Below are positions 20,690 to 30,901 of a stretch of 50,828 bases of DNA, piece by piece (position 1 is the stretch's first letter; every line of letters starts with the position of its first letter). The DNA is from a phage. The notes under the pieces are model-generated. The model did not search any database. It was not told where the DNA came from and saw nothing but the letters and a program-made list of their open reading frames with translations. The position numbers and the translations under genes are program-made. The stretch is taken from the sequence record PZ452605.1, one strand, 5' to 3'.

Positions 20690-20738
20690 TACTCCTTAGT
20701 TGTTGTTGGCTGCAACTATACACGATCTTGGGCATCGC

Positions 20739-20757
20739 GTTTAGCAAAAAGTGCTAT
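20739..20757 (-). repeat. intergenic motif copy (variant) in cor-exonuclease control region
   Basis: GTTTAGCAAAAAGTGCTAT. Confidence 0.5.
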
Positions 20758-21125
20758 TTGTTATTTTTGTTTTCCGGTGTTATAGAATTTAAGACGGCGT
20801 AAATTTAGCGCAAATTTTAGACAACATAAGATCAATAAACAATCAATAAAATAGATATATACATATAAAATCAATAGTTTATTTATTTATGTATGTATAT
20901 TTGTTTTTTCTTGTTATCTTCGTTTCTTGTGGTTTTGGTTGTTTGTGGTGATTTTTCTTTCTGAGTATCTGTATATGCCATCATTCATGTGTATTTATAT
21001 AATCCGGCGTACCTGAGAGAACAGGGGAACAAGAAAAATAACACATATTAATCATTAACTTATGAGTCAAATCTGTTTTCTTGCCATCTGAGAACGTTTA
21101 GAAAACAGAAAAAACAAAACAGCTA

Positions 21126-21153
21126 TTGACTAAATCAACCAAATGGCTACAAT
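21126..21153 (+). promoter_or_regulatory. sigma70-like promoter (TTGACT-16-TACAAT)
   Basis: near-consensus -35 and -10 with 16-nt spacer, 30 nt upstream of exonuclease ATG. Confidence 0.55.
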
Positions 21154-21183
21154 GCACGCATAAAGCAACAAGGAGCATTAAAG

Positions 21184-22239
21184 ATGAGTGATTTTAACGC
21201 CTACACTAGCGAAGAAATGAGCAACGAGCTTTATCATGATCCTAACGCGTGGACGGCTGAATATGTCAGCGGTTCCAGCCTGGCGGAGATTTACAGCACT
21301 TGCCCGGCGTACTGGAAGTACAAGCCGCGCCAGGAAACTAAAGCACTTGTTTTCGGTACGCAGTCGCATACCAACTTTGAAAGCAAGGAGCTATTCGAAA
21401 AAACATATCGCCGCGCACCGTCGCAGGATGATTTTAAAGATCTGATCACTAGTCAAACGGCGTTAGCATCAAAGCTGAAATCTTTTGGCCTGAAAGGTAC
21501 GACGGGTAAACAATACCCTGAATTGCTGGAAATGCTGTACAAGTGCGGCGAGGATCTCAATGTGTGGTGGCTTATCGAAATGATGGCAGAATGCCAGGCC
21601 GCAGCGGACGGAGTGCAGTTAATAGACGCTAAAGATTATGATGCCTGTGTAGCGATGCGGCGCGTACTTGAGGCCATACCGGAGCATAACGCTTGCATGA
21701 ACAGCCCAACCGCGCAGCGTGAAATGTCAATATTTGGGATCATCAACGGCGTAAAAGTAAAAGTGCGTCTTGATCACGTTGACGTAAACAAGGATGTAAA
21801 GGCAACAATCATTAACGGTTACGACGAAAAAGGCAGGCCGATTTATGAAGAAGTCACCTATCCAGAAGCGGTGATTATCACTGACTACAAAACAACGGTT
21901 AGCGCAAATCCGGTTGACTTCCAGCGCCTGGCTTACAATCACGGCTATTATCTTAAAATGGCTTTGCAACATGACTTATTCAAAAAGGCGTATCCAGACG
22001 AGGAAAGGCCAGTAATTGTAAGATTGCTTGCTCAAGAGAAGAAAGAGCCTTACTTGCCGCTCGCATTCCGCATGAACATTGAGCAGTTGAAGATTGGACG
22101 TATCCAGTACATGAGCGTGATCAACAAGTTTAACGTTTGCCAGCAGTTAGATGAATGGCCTTCGTATGCAAACGGACAACCAGAAATTGATCTTGATACT
22201 CCTGATTGGGTCCGTGCTCAATTCAGGCAGTATCTGTGA
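21184..22239 (+). CDS. RecB-family (Cas4/RecE-like) PD-(D/E)XK exonuclease
   Basis: 351 aa; RLDHVD ... IITDYKTT nuclease motifs; precedes Erf and SSB. Confidence 0.65.
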   Translation: MSDFNAYTSEEMSNELYHDPNAWTAEYVSGSSLAEIYSTCPAYWKYKPRQETKALVFGTQSHTNFESKELFEKTYRRAPSQDDFKDLITSQTALASKLKSFGLKGTTGKQYPELLEMLYKCGEDLNVWWLIEMMAECQAAADGVQLIDAKDYDACVAMRRVLEAIPEHNACMNSPTAQREMSIFGIINGVKVKVRLDHVDVNKDVKATIINGYDEKGRPIYEEVTYPEAVIITDYKTTVSANPVDFQRLAYNHGYYLKMALQHDLFKKAYPDEERPVIVRLLAQEKKEPYLPLAFRMNIEQLKIGRIQYMSVINKFNVCQQLDEWPSYANGQPEIDLDTPDWVRAQFRQYL

Positions 22240-22314
22240 CAAACTAAACAAATAGCTAAACTTTTATAATGGTTGGTGATATAATTCGCCAACCAGATAA
22301 CGGGAGAATGAGAA

Positions 22315-22572
22315 ATGACAGATAAAGACAATGCCACATTATTGCATTTAGAACGATTCATTGATCGAGTAACCATTGCAATGAAAGAATTTATTAAGCC
22401 GATGAACATTAAAGAGTCGGAAGAAATGAAGACTTATATCAAGGACGTGGTTGCATCCATTGACAACGTTATCCTTGTTGCAACGATGAGCAAGGGAAAC
22501 AAAGAGCGCGAGAGGTTGGTTGCTGAATCAACAGAAGAATTTATTAAAATGCTTGAAAGCGAGAAGGAATAA
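22315..22572 (+). CDS. hypothetical protein
   Basis: 85 aa between exonuclease and Erf. Confidence 0.4.
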   Translation: MTDKDNATLLHLERFIDRVTIAMKEFIKPMNIKESEEMKTYIKDVVASIDNVILVATMSKGNKERERLVAESTEEFIKMLESEKE

Positions 22573-23229
<657 letters not shown>

Positions 23230-23233
23230 TAAA

Positions 23234-23255
23234 CGGGGCGCTTGCGCCCCTTTTG
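23234..23255 (+). terminator. terminator-like hairpin
   Basis: GGGGCG-CTTG-CGCCCC then TTTT. Confidence 0.5.
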
Positions 23256-23272
23256 TCATAGGAGAAAACAAA

Positions 23273-23725
23273 ATGCACGTTATTACAGGTGAGATTCGAA
23301 AAGAGCCAAAAGTAAAGCAAATGCCTAACGGCAGCACGCTATATGTTATTGAGCTTTCCGAGCGATACAAAGACCGAGAGGGAAATTGGCAGTATACAAA
23401 CTATGTGTTTTTCTTTAACGCGAAAACAGACGGCCTGAATGGTTGGTATGCCGAGGCGTTCCAGGTAGGCAAGGTTGTTTCTGTTTCCTGCGATACCTTG
23501 CGAGTTGAAACGCGAGAATACAACAGAAAGATTTACAGCACCGTGCAGCCTGGCGGATTTGCAAACTTGCTATTTAGCCAGAGAGGTGAAAGCCAGCAAC
23601 AATATCAGCAGCGAACGCAAGGAGGCTGGGGGCAACCACAACAGCAACAGCAACAAAATACTCAACAGCAGCCGCAGCAAAGCAATCAGCCTCCGATTGA
23701 CTTTGACGACGATATACCATTCTGA
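23273..23725 (+). CDS. ssb: single-stranded DNA-binding protein
   Basis: OB-fold N-terminal region, Q/G-rich linker and acidic tail DFDDDIPF. Confidence 0.85.
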   Translation: MHVITGEIRKEPKVKQMPNGSTLYVIELSERYKDREGNWQYTNYVFFFNAKTDGLNGWYAEAFQVGKVVSVSCDTLRVETREYNRKIYSTVQPGGFANLLFSQRGESQQQYQQRTQGGWGQPQQQQQQNTQQQPQQSNQPPIDFDDDIPF

Positions 23726-23729
23726 TAAC

Positions 23730-23760
23730 AAAAAGCCCCGCATATGCGGGGCTTTTTTTA
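23730..23760. terminator. bidirectional terminator
   Basis: A5-GCCCCGCATATGCGGGGC-T7 between convergent SSB and fibre genes. Confidence 0.7.
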
Positions 23761-24321
23761 GTCTAACGTGGTTGGTTTGTTTACCAGTGCCGCTACAACC
23801 GCTTTTAGCTCGTCAATTTCTTTTCTCATCTCATCGTTTTCCGCTTTCAGTTTCTTAACGTGGTGAATCAGTGGAACAGTGAGGCGGTCATACATAACGC
23901 CTTCCGCCACCATGCCATTACTTGAAGCAATGGCAGGATCTTCTCCTTCTTGCAGCGGTCGCCAGTGAACGTACTCCGGCGCAATTTCTCCAACTTCCTC
24001 TGCAATCAGTCCGTACCATCCCCAATCTTTACGGTCGCTTTCACAGGTTGACCGATACCACACAGGACGCATTTCAAGCATCAGATCCGCATATTCATCA
24101 ATAACCGATTCTACGCTGCGCTTATAACGAGAAGAGGAAGTGGAGCGTAAAACTTGCGACACTCCAGCATTTGGATCAAGCCATAAGTTTGCTGATTGAG
24201 CGGTTGTGTTTAGTCTAAACAAATAAAATGCCTCGTTACCAGTCAGGGGGTAAAAATTGCCACCATACCTTCCGCTATCCAACTCGGACGATAGATCATT
24301 TTGTTTTAGATACAACTTCAA
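23758..24321 (-). CDS. short tail fibre-like protein with C-terminal intramolecular chaperone (peptidase S74-like) domain
   Basis: 187-aa ORF; SDRKDWGWYGLIAEEVGEIAPEYV resembles the autoproteolytic chaperone domain of fibres/tailspikes. Confidence 0.55.
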   Translation of the reverse strand: MKLYLKQNDLSSELDSGRYGGNFYPLTGNEAFYLFRLNTTAQSANLWLDPNAGVSQVLRSTSSSRYKRSVESVIDEYADLMLEMRPVWYRSTCESDRKDWGWYGLIAEEVGEIAPEYVHWRPLQEGEDPAIASSNGMVAEGVMYDRLTVPLIHHVKKLKAENDEMRKEIDELKAVVAALVNKPTTLD

Positions 24322-24496
24322 CTTATTGTCAACATCAGTAGTTGATGCTTTTCCTGCAACATCCTGTTTTAGTGTCGAAACATCACTTTTCAGCTTCGTT
24401 ATATCACCAGGAATAGTAGCAACATCCTGTTTTAGTGTTGAAACATCATTTTTCAGCCTTCGTTATATCACTAGGTATAACAGTTACTGTAGCCAT
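24322..24496 (-). other. out-of-frame N-terminal segment of the fibre gene (ATG 24496 with AAGGAG RBS)
   Basis: ATG at 24496 encodes MATVTVIPSDITK then stops; one extra nucleotide near 24458 in repeat copy B separates it from the downstream frame. Confidence 0.45.
24356..24483. repeat. two tandem copies of a 63-bp coding repeat
   Basis: copy A 24356-24418 and copy B 24419-24483 differ by one C-to-T change and one inserted C (cagcttcg versus cagccttcg). Confidence 0.8.
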
Positions 24497-24508
24497 TTTC
24501 CTAACTCC

Positions 24509-24787
24509 TTAAGCCCATTCTCTAATCGGCTGATCTAACTCAACCACGTAGCCATTAAAAATTACGGCATCAAACTCATCATCAATGATTCGCACATTAA
24601 CGAAATAGCCGTCGTTCTTTCGCGCAATCTCCTCGCCATCGTCAGATCGTGCAATTACTGTATAAGTATTGCCGATTACATCGAGCAGGATTGCATCCTG
24701 AATGGATTCGTTATCATCCCAATTAATTTTTCCTAAAAAGGCCGAAAACTCGGCCTTGTCTGCAAATTTTAATGTTAAATCACGCAT
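24509..24787 (-). CDS. hypothetical protein between the two fibre genes
   Basis: 92 aa from ATG overlapping the upstream stop (TAATG). Confidence 0.4.
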   Translation of the reverse strand: MRDLTLKFADKAEFSAFLGKINWDDNESIQDAILLDVIGNTYTVIARSDDGEEIARKNDGYFVNVRIIDDEFDAVIFNGYVVELDQPIREWA

Positions 24788-26749
24788 TAAACAATTTCCC
24801 CCAATTGATGATCTGTTAGCGCCTTGTGCCATATACGGAAGTTTCTAACGTGCCCGAAAAGATGGCGTTCGCCTGTACTTATTGGTCCGCCAATCCTTAT
24901 AGTAGCCGTCGATCTTATGTATCTCCATTCCGTTTTTGTTTCGCTTGATATTCTGGCATTACTTACACAGCAATTATTGTAATCACTCTTTACTCTCATT
25001 CCCATGATCATCTTTTTTAGTTTCGCATTCTCGTAAACCCTTCGGTTTGAGTTACCTATATCGCAACAAGGGAATCCGTCATTATCTCCCTCAGCAGACC
25101 CAAAAGCAAGAATAATTGCCGCTCCGGTCTGATGGCCTCCTGTATCAAAAACACGCGGTGCTGCGTTTGGCGTTATACTCCAGTTTTTATGAGCTTCCAC
25201 AAGCACTGTAAAAGGCAAATTGTAAAGGTTGTTTTTTATTGGCAATGTAACCATATCGCTTGCTCTTGTTGTTGGCGTACCATTAGAGATAATAAACGAT
25301 GATGCACATGTTCCAAGCTCAATTTGTGGTGTAGCTAGCGTAATCGTTGAATCTTCATAAAATGGCTCTTTGCTAATCTTGTTAGCAAAAAAGAAAGAAC
25401 AGTTTATAGCGTTGCGATCAGCGTCTGCCGTGTATGTCACTTCAAAATAAAGCCATTCTCCGCGCTGTTCAACTTTTGATCTAATGAGATTGGTTTGACC
25501 GCTTACTGAAGCTGTTACTGAATCAAAGTCTAGATATGCGTCTGCCGAAAAAACGTCAGCACCACCATCCCCAGCATAAGCCACTCTCGCACGGAGTCTG
25601 CACTTGCTACCTTTGGCACGACAAGAAAAAGTGAAACTTTCACCGCTAAGTAGATTAAACCTATCTCTGGTGGCAACAGTGATTATAGTGTATCCGCCTG
25701 TTGTCCCTATGATATCATTAGTCGGCGATACTGTTGCGTAGTTGAAGTTAAAGTTGTCGCTACCAAACTCTTTATTTAGTGATGCGTGTATAGACCACGA
25801 CTGCGGATTATTTGAGTTTAACAGATAATTAGTTCTCTGCCCCTCAATCAGCAATCCTTCGCGTTCAAAACGTGGCTCATTAATACCAGCCACAGTTAAA
25901 ACACCTGATTTGTTAATGTAAGTAGCAGTGCTTGCGCGTGAGAAAGAAACGACTTTATCTGATGATATTGTTTTTTCTTCCCCATCAATGGTTACTTTTT
26001 TAGTGCCTTGTCCGTAGCCCGTGATCATATCTAGAGAATCGTTAAACGGGATCCACACGTCAGGCAGAGGCTGCAATAAATCTTTGTAAGGTTCTGCGGC
26101 CTGCTTTGCGTATTCCTCCGCTTGATCTCTAGCACTTTCAGCACCTGTCTTTGCGGCATTCGCAGCATCACGCGCAGTTTCAGCGCCTTTTCTTGCAGTT
26201 CCAGCGCCAGTCTTTGCGGTATTTGCAGCGTCACGCGCGGATTCAGCGGCAGCCTTTGCAGTATCAGCACCTTTCTTGCTATTCTCTGCATTTGTTGCGC
26301 TTGTCTTTGCGTTATTCTCGCTAGTTTTAGCTGCCTTCTGGCTTGCTGCGGCTGCGTCAGCATTTGTCTTTACGTCTTTCTGGATCTTCTGTAGCTTATC
26401 CCAATCAAAATCCTTGATGATCTCAATAAATCCAGCAAACTCCGATTCCTTCCCCTGGTAATAACGCAACGTTTCCGCTACGTCTTGCGCAAGACCGTCA
26501 ACCGTTAACGAGTCATGAAGCAAGATCAGGTAATTTGTCTTCTGGACTACCGCGCCGCCAGTAGTAATTGCGCGAATGCTTGTATCGCTAATCACTTCCG
26601 TAATCACAGCAGCTTGCAAAGGTTGAGCAAGAAAGAAAATAGTTGCACCTGGGCGAATCAAGGTTAATTGCTCACGCCATTTTGTACCGTAACCAGTTAC
26701 ATAACCTTGCGCGTCCATAGACGCTTGGCCTTGTCTGTAAATCGCCATT
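24787..26749 (-). CDS. side tail fibre protein (Stf-like)
   Basis: about 650 aa; Ala/Thr/Lys-rich AKTSENNAKTSATNAENSKK repeats like lambda Stf; beta-rich C-terminal domain; AGGAGG RBS. Confidence 0.7.
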
Positions 26750-26766
26750 TGTAAAATCCTCCTAAA

Positions 26767-26786
26767 TAGCACTTTTTGCTAATGAC
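26767..26786 (+). repeat. intergenic motif copy abutting RBS of minus-strand fibre gene
   Basis: ATAGCACTTTTTGCTAATGA; inverted relative to the fibre gene. Confidence 0.55.
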
Positions 26787-26811
26787 AATGCAGATAATAG
26801 CATTTTCAAGT

Positions 26812-26840
26812 GCAAAAAAAAACCCCGCATAAGCGGGGCA
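26812..26840 (-). terminator. rho-independent terminator (minus strand)
   Basis: CCCCGC-ATAA-GCGGGG followed on minus strand by T-tract; downstream of primase. Confidence 0.6.
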
Positions 26841-26854
26841 ATACTAGCGGAGTT

Positions 26855-27784
26855 TTATAGCAGTGATTCGGGCTTGTAGAGTTTTCTTTCTACGCCCTGT
26901 TTAAAATTATCGTTAACAGGCATCATTATGTCAAGCCCTCTTTCCTCTGCCGCGATTATCACATCACGATCATCTTTCCGGCAGACTACGCGCATTCTTC
27001 TTTCTCCTTTATATCTATGCGCAACCATTTCAAGATTTGAAGGAGTAAAACAGGCCCACACCTCTTGACCAGTTGATAAATGAACATGCTGAGAATCAAC
27101 CCAATCAAGGCACAAATAGATCGTCTTATCTGTGCTACCTGTTTTAACAACAGATCCGCGCGTGTAGTCGCGAGCTAAAAACCAATCCTTTCCATCCTCA
27201 TCAATGAAAAGCACGTTACACATTTCATCATCCAGCCCGTCATCATGCACCAGGTGACAAGGTAGCGCGTGAATGTATCGACCATCCTTGACGCCGCAAT
27301 CATAATGACAATCTTCCGGCGGATATATCCCTTCATAAACACTTAAAGGTGTGCGATCGAATTTTAATGTTTTTGCCATCACTTTTTCGCAGCATTCATG
27401 ACTTGCCTGTTTCCCGAACGAGTAACCAGAAGAACGCGAAGCGCGTTTGTTTGCTCTGATCCTGTAATCCTGCGGCACTTTTCCGAGGAAGCGGCCCAAA
27501 ATGTTGATGGCCTCGCTGTAAGGTTCGCCAGTTAATTTCATTAACCAACCGATCCCCGTGTCGTTGCCGCATACGTTGCAGATCGCGCCGCCGTCGCCCT
27601 CTTCATTTAGCTTATCAGTCCATCTAAAACGATCCTTACCGCCGCAGTGTGGGCAAGGTTGATGCTTTTTGTTGAAAACATCGCTATGCAGTCCACAAAT
27701 GCTTTGTAGTGCTTCACGCCATAACCCCTTCATATATGGCAAAACATCTTCTTTCTGATAGGTCATAAAGTTTTCAGTATTCAT
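26855..27784 (-). CDS. DNA primase (zinc-ribbon + TOPRIM type)
   Basis: CPHCGGKDRFRW zinc-binding motif and second CNVCG motif; acidic DxD-type region. Confidence 0.65.
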   Translation of the reverse strand: MNTENFMTYQKEDVLPYMKGLWREALQSICGLHSDVFNKKHQPCPHCGGKDRFRWTDKLNEEGDGGAICNVCGNDTGIGWLMKLTGEPYSEAINILGRFLGKVPQDYRIRANKRASRSSGYSFGKQASHECCEKVMAKTLKFDRTPLSVYEGIYPPEDCHYDCGVKDGRYIHALPCHLVHDDGLDDEMCNVLFIDEDGKDWFLARDYTRGSVVKTGSTDKTIYLCLDWVDSQHVHLSTGQEVWACFTPSNLEMVAHRYKGERRMRVVCRKDDRDVIIAAEERGLDIMMPVNDNFKQGVERKLYKPESLL

Positions 27785-27839
27785 GGCAAACCTCAATAAA
27801 AAAGCCCAGCAAATATTATCATTTCGCTGAGCCTTATCA

Positions 27840-28316
27840 TTAGCTATTTGTGCTGTTATCACCTTTGTAGAATCGTCCGCCTGGTTCGTAGTCTGAATTT
27901 TTGACTACGCGCAACATCTCGTATTTGTCGCAACGGGTAGTAAGAGGCTTACCGTTAGAATCAAACCGCAGATCTGGACGACAAAATGATGCGCGGTATC
28001 CTTTGCATCCATTATATTTGTAGTCGTTATGCACCTTTTGTGCTCCAGCGGCTGAAATCATACCACGCTTTCGCCATTGGTTAACGACTTGCTGAGATAC
28101 GCGTAGACGTCGAGCCATAGCAGGAACACCGCCATAATACTCGATCAGAATATCCAAGCGAGATTTCAGGCTTGCTTTTACCTCATCTCGCAGGATAAGA
28201 AATCCGGTTCGGTGTTTTCGTGGCTTTTTGTCTTTACCTCGTCGCGTTCCGTTGTTACCGTTAATAGTGCGCTTGTCGATCTCACCCGTAGACACCGCAA
28301 TTCGTGCATCTTTCAT
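27840..28316 (-). CDS. HTH DNA-binding protein (Cro/YdaS-like)
   Basis: YGGVPAMARRLRVSQQVVNQWRKRG helix-turn-helix signature; Cys-containing C-terminal extension. Confidence 0.5.
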   Translation of the reverse strand: MKDARIAVSTGEIDKRTINGNNGTRRGKDKKPRKHRTGFLILRDEVKASLKSRLDILIEYYGGVPAMARRLRVSQQVVNQWRKRGMISAAGAQKVHNDYKYNGCKGYRASFCRPDLRFDSNGKPLTTRCDKYEMLRVVKNSDYEPGGRFYKGDNSTNS

Positions 28317-28327
28317 CTAGTCACCTC

Positions 28328-28347
28328 ATAGCATTTTTTGTTAAAAC
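28328..28347 (+). repeat. intergenic motif copy abutting RBS of minus-strand HTH gene
   Basis: ATAGCATTTTTTGTTAAAAC in helicase-HTH divergent region. Confidence 0.55.
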
Positions 28348-28404
28348 AGTTTATTGTAATGAGTCTATTATATACTCCAAATGGCATTTTTTTAAAGGTT
28401 TAAG

Positions 28405-30402
28405 ATGATTCCAAATATCGAAAAACAAATATCAGCGTTAGGCGAGGCAGTAATAAAAAGCATCCAAGAGCGATTCACGGTTGGCAATATAGTGCCTTAT
28501 CCTTATCAGTGCGTTGCGTATGCCGAGATCGCAAAGCGCATGAAAAACTATGAGCATCCTTTCTTTGTTAAGGCTTCTGTGTCGGCTGGCAAAACATTGA
28601 TGTTTGCGATGGTTGCGGCGCAATGCCGCAAAATGGGATTGAAAATGATGGTCCTTGCTCGCCAGGCTGAAATTGTTGATCAGGATTCGGAAGAGATCAG
28701 CAATCTTGGAGTGCCAAACTCAATCTATTGCGCCGGACTGAAAACAAAAAGCGCATACTTTCCGATCGTGGTCGGTTCTGAGGGCACTGTAGTAAACGGA
28801 TTGTTTAAGTCGTTAGGTGATTATGTTCCGCACGTTATCGGTATTGATGAATGTCACCAGGTGGATTGGGAGGATCTCGCGGACGCGATAGAAAATAATG
28901 AATCTTACCAGCAGATGACCACTAAGAAGGATTTGCCAGTACTGATTGGAGAAGAACAGCAATTTGATTCCAATGGCGATCCAATGTTCGGAACAGGACG
29001 CACACAGTACACCGTAATAATCATGGAAATGATGCGCAGGTGTCGCGAGGCATACGGGCACGAATTGCGAATATTCGGTATGACTGGATCTGAATTTCGC
29101 GGCGTGGTTCCAATACTGGTTGAAGATAAGAACAAAAAGGGATTCTGGCGTGAGCAGGTGACTAACATAGACACAAACTACTTAATCAAATTCGGTTCGG
29201 TAGTGCCAACAAACTTCGGCGACGTAGGCGACCTGGGTTATGACCTTTCAGAGTTCGAAGCCAGTAGCGAGGATGGCGTTTCAGACTTTGACGCTAAAAC
29301 ATTGCGCAAGATGGAAGAAAAGATCCATCAAGACGCAACAATGACACAGAAAATCATGGCTAAAGTCCATGAGATATGCAAAGACAGGAACGGAGTTTTA
29401 GTTACATGCGCAGGGGAAAGGCACTGCAAGGAGGCCGCCGCCGCACTGCCGCCAGGCGTTGAATACAGGATCATAACTGGCAAGACTGGAGATAATCAGC
29501 GTAAAGAGTGGCTGAGGGAGGCATGCGAGGGAAAAGTAAAATACATCTTCCAGGTACAGGCGCTTACCACTGGCGTTAACGTTCCGTTTTGGGATACTTC
29601 GGTAATACTGAGAAAGATAGGATCTCTAACATTGCTTATCCAGCTTTTGGGGCGCGGCATGCGACTGCTTAAGCAATGGCACATTGAGCAGGGATTCAAG
29701 AAAAAAGATCATCTTGTATTGGATTTTGCAGGTACTATGGATGAGTTAGGTGATTTGTATTTCGATCCAATCCTTGAGCAAGCGCAATTCCAAAAGAGAT
29801 TTACAAACGGGAAAGAGCCTAAGACTTGTCCGATATGTGGAACGCTAAACAGCTTTTACGCTCGCCGATGTATGCACGTAGACGATAACGGGAAGCGATG
29901 TGAGCATTTTTGGACTTACAGAATTTGCGAGGACCAGGTAGATCCGAGAACGAAAAAGATAATCAAGCGCGGTTGCGGAACAAAAAACGACGTAGTGGCG
30001 AGAGTATGCCGTTGTTGCGATATTTCTCTTGTCGATCCTAACGAGAAGTTAAGCGGTAAGCACTACACCAAAAACGATTGGTGCAACGTTAAATCTTTCC
30101 GCGTTGATATGACGAAAAACCAGAAAGGAATTATTTTTTGCTATGAGCTTGAGGCCAACGGCGACACGTTCAAGGCATACGAAAGATTTTTCCCTGAGTC
30201 AGAAAGCAACATTTGCCGGACGATATGGAGAAAAATAGCATTGCAGCACATACCGGATCGCAAGATTGCTGGTATGGTGGCGAGCTATAGAAATGCTCGT
30301 AAAATAATGTCATACGCTCATCACATCATGCCGCCTGTACGCGTAACGCATCGCAAAAACGGCAAAGGTGAGGATAACATTGCAAAACGGGAGTTTGTTT
30401 AA
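28405..30402 (+). CDS. SF2 DEAD/DEAH-type DNA helicase
   Basis: 665 aa; Walker A SAGKT, motif II IDECHQ, C-terminal CxxC zinc-finger cluster. Confidence 0.7.
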   Translation: MIPNIEKQISALGEAVIKSIQERFTVGNIVPYPYQCVAYAEIAKRMKNYEHPFFVKASVSAGKTLMFAMVAAQCRKMGLKMMVLARQAEIVDQDSEEISNLGVPNSIYCAGLKTKSAYFPIVVGSEGTVVNGLFKSLGDYVPHVIGIDECHQVDWEDLADAIENNESYQQMTTKKDLPVLIGEEQQFDSNGDPMFGTGRTQYTVIIMEMMRRCREAYGHELRIFGMTGSEFRGVVPILVEDKNKKGFWREQVTNIDTNYLIKFGSVVPTNFGDVGDLGYDLSEFEASSEDGVSDFDAKTLRKMEEKIHQDATMTQKIMAKVHEICKDRNGVLVTCAGERHCKEAAAALPPGVEYRIITGKTGDNQRKEWLREACEGKVKYIFQVQALTTGVNVPFWDTSVILRKIGSLTLLIQLLGRGMRLLKQWHIEQGFKKKDHLVLDFAGTMDELGDLYFDPILEQAQFQKRFTNGKEPKTCPICGTLNSFYARRCMHVDDNGKRCEHFWTYRICEDQVDPRTKKIIKRGCGTKNDVVARVCRCCDISLVDPNEKLSGKHYTKNDWCNVKSFRVDMTKNQKGIIFCYELEANGDTFKAYERFFPESESNICRTIWRKIALQHIPDRKIAGMVASYRNARKIMSYAHHIMPPVRVTHRKNGKGEDNIAKREFV

Positions 30403-30821
30403 TGGCTATAACTGATAAAGGAGATTATCTTGAGTTTTACGAAAGAGATCCAACCGACACGAGAAAGGAAGTTAATCACCAGATAGATAGCTTTCAGTGG
30501 TTGACTTATGCTCATCCTTATTTGCTAGCGTGGCATACGGTAAACGAGAATGAGAAGTCGAAAGTAACTGCGATGATTGATCAGCAGTCCGGCTTGGTTA
30601 AGGGGGTAAGCGATTTCATCATCCTGATTGGTTCAAACGGAAAATACCCCTTTGCAGCGATTGAGATCAAACGAGTGAATAAATCAGGCAAGGGGAAAGC
30701 ATCACCAGTCAGCGATGAACAAAAGGCTTTTTTGCGTCGCGTTCGCAGCTTAGGAGGATTCGCTGCGGTCGCCTACGGATTTAATCAGTTTAAGTTAGCT
30801 ATTGAATACATGCTTAAATAG
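30402..30821 (+). CDS. VRR-NUC domain nuclease
   Basis: 139 aa; GVSDFIIL ... AIEIKR PD-(D/E)XK-like core; ATG overlaps helicase stop. Confidence 0.55.
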   Translation: MAITDKGDYLEFYERDPTDTRKEVNHQIDSFQWLTYAHPYLLAWHTVNENEKSKVTAMIDQQSGLVKGVSDFIILIGSNGKYPFAAIEIKRVNKSGKGKASPVSDEQKAFLRRVRSLGGFAAVAYGFNQFKLAIEYMLK

Positions 30822-30837
30822 CACTTTTTGTTAAAAC
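30818..30837 (+). repeat. intergenic motif copy, co-directional
   Basis: exact ATAGCACTTTTTGTTAAAAC containing stop TAG of VRR-NUC gene. Confidence 0.65.
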
Positions 30838-30901
30838 TGGCGCGATGGATTGCGCCATAATTCAATAACACGAGATGGCTTTTAATAGCGGAGAAATGAA
30901 A

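Noticed and set aside
24356-24483. Possible CRISPR array or satellite
   Set aside because: Only two copies, no spacers, and the repeat is in-frame coding sequence of the fibre gene.
26031-26363. Overlapping ORFs on both strands inside the Stf-like fibre repeats
   Set aside because: Artefacts of the repeat-rich Ala/Lys/Thr coding region; the long minus-strand frame is the coherent one.
28348-28404. Canonical sigma70 promoter for the helicase gene
   Set aside because: TATACT and TATTAT-like hexamers are present but no acceptable -35 at 16-18 nt spacing.
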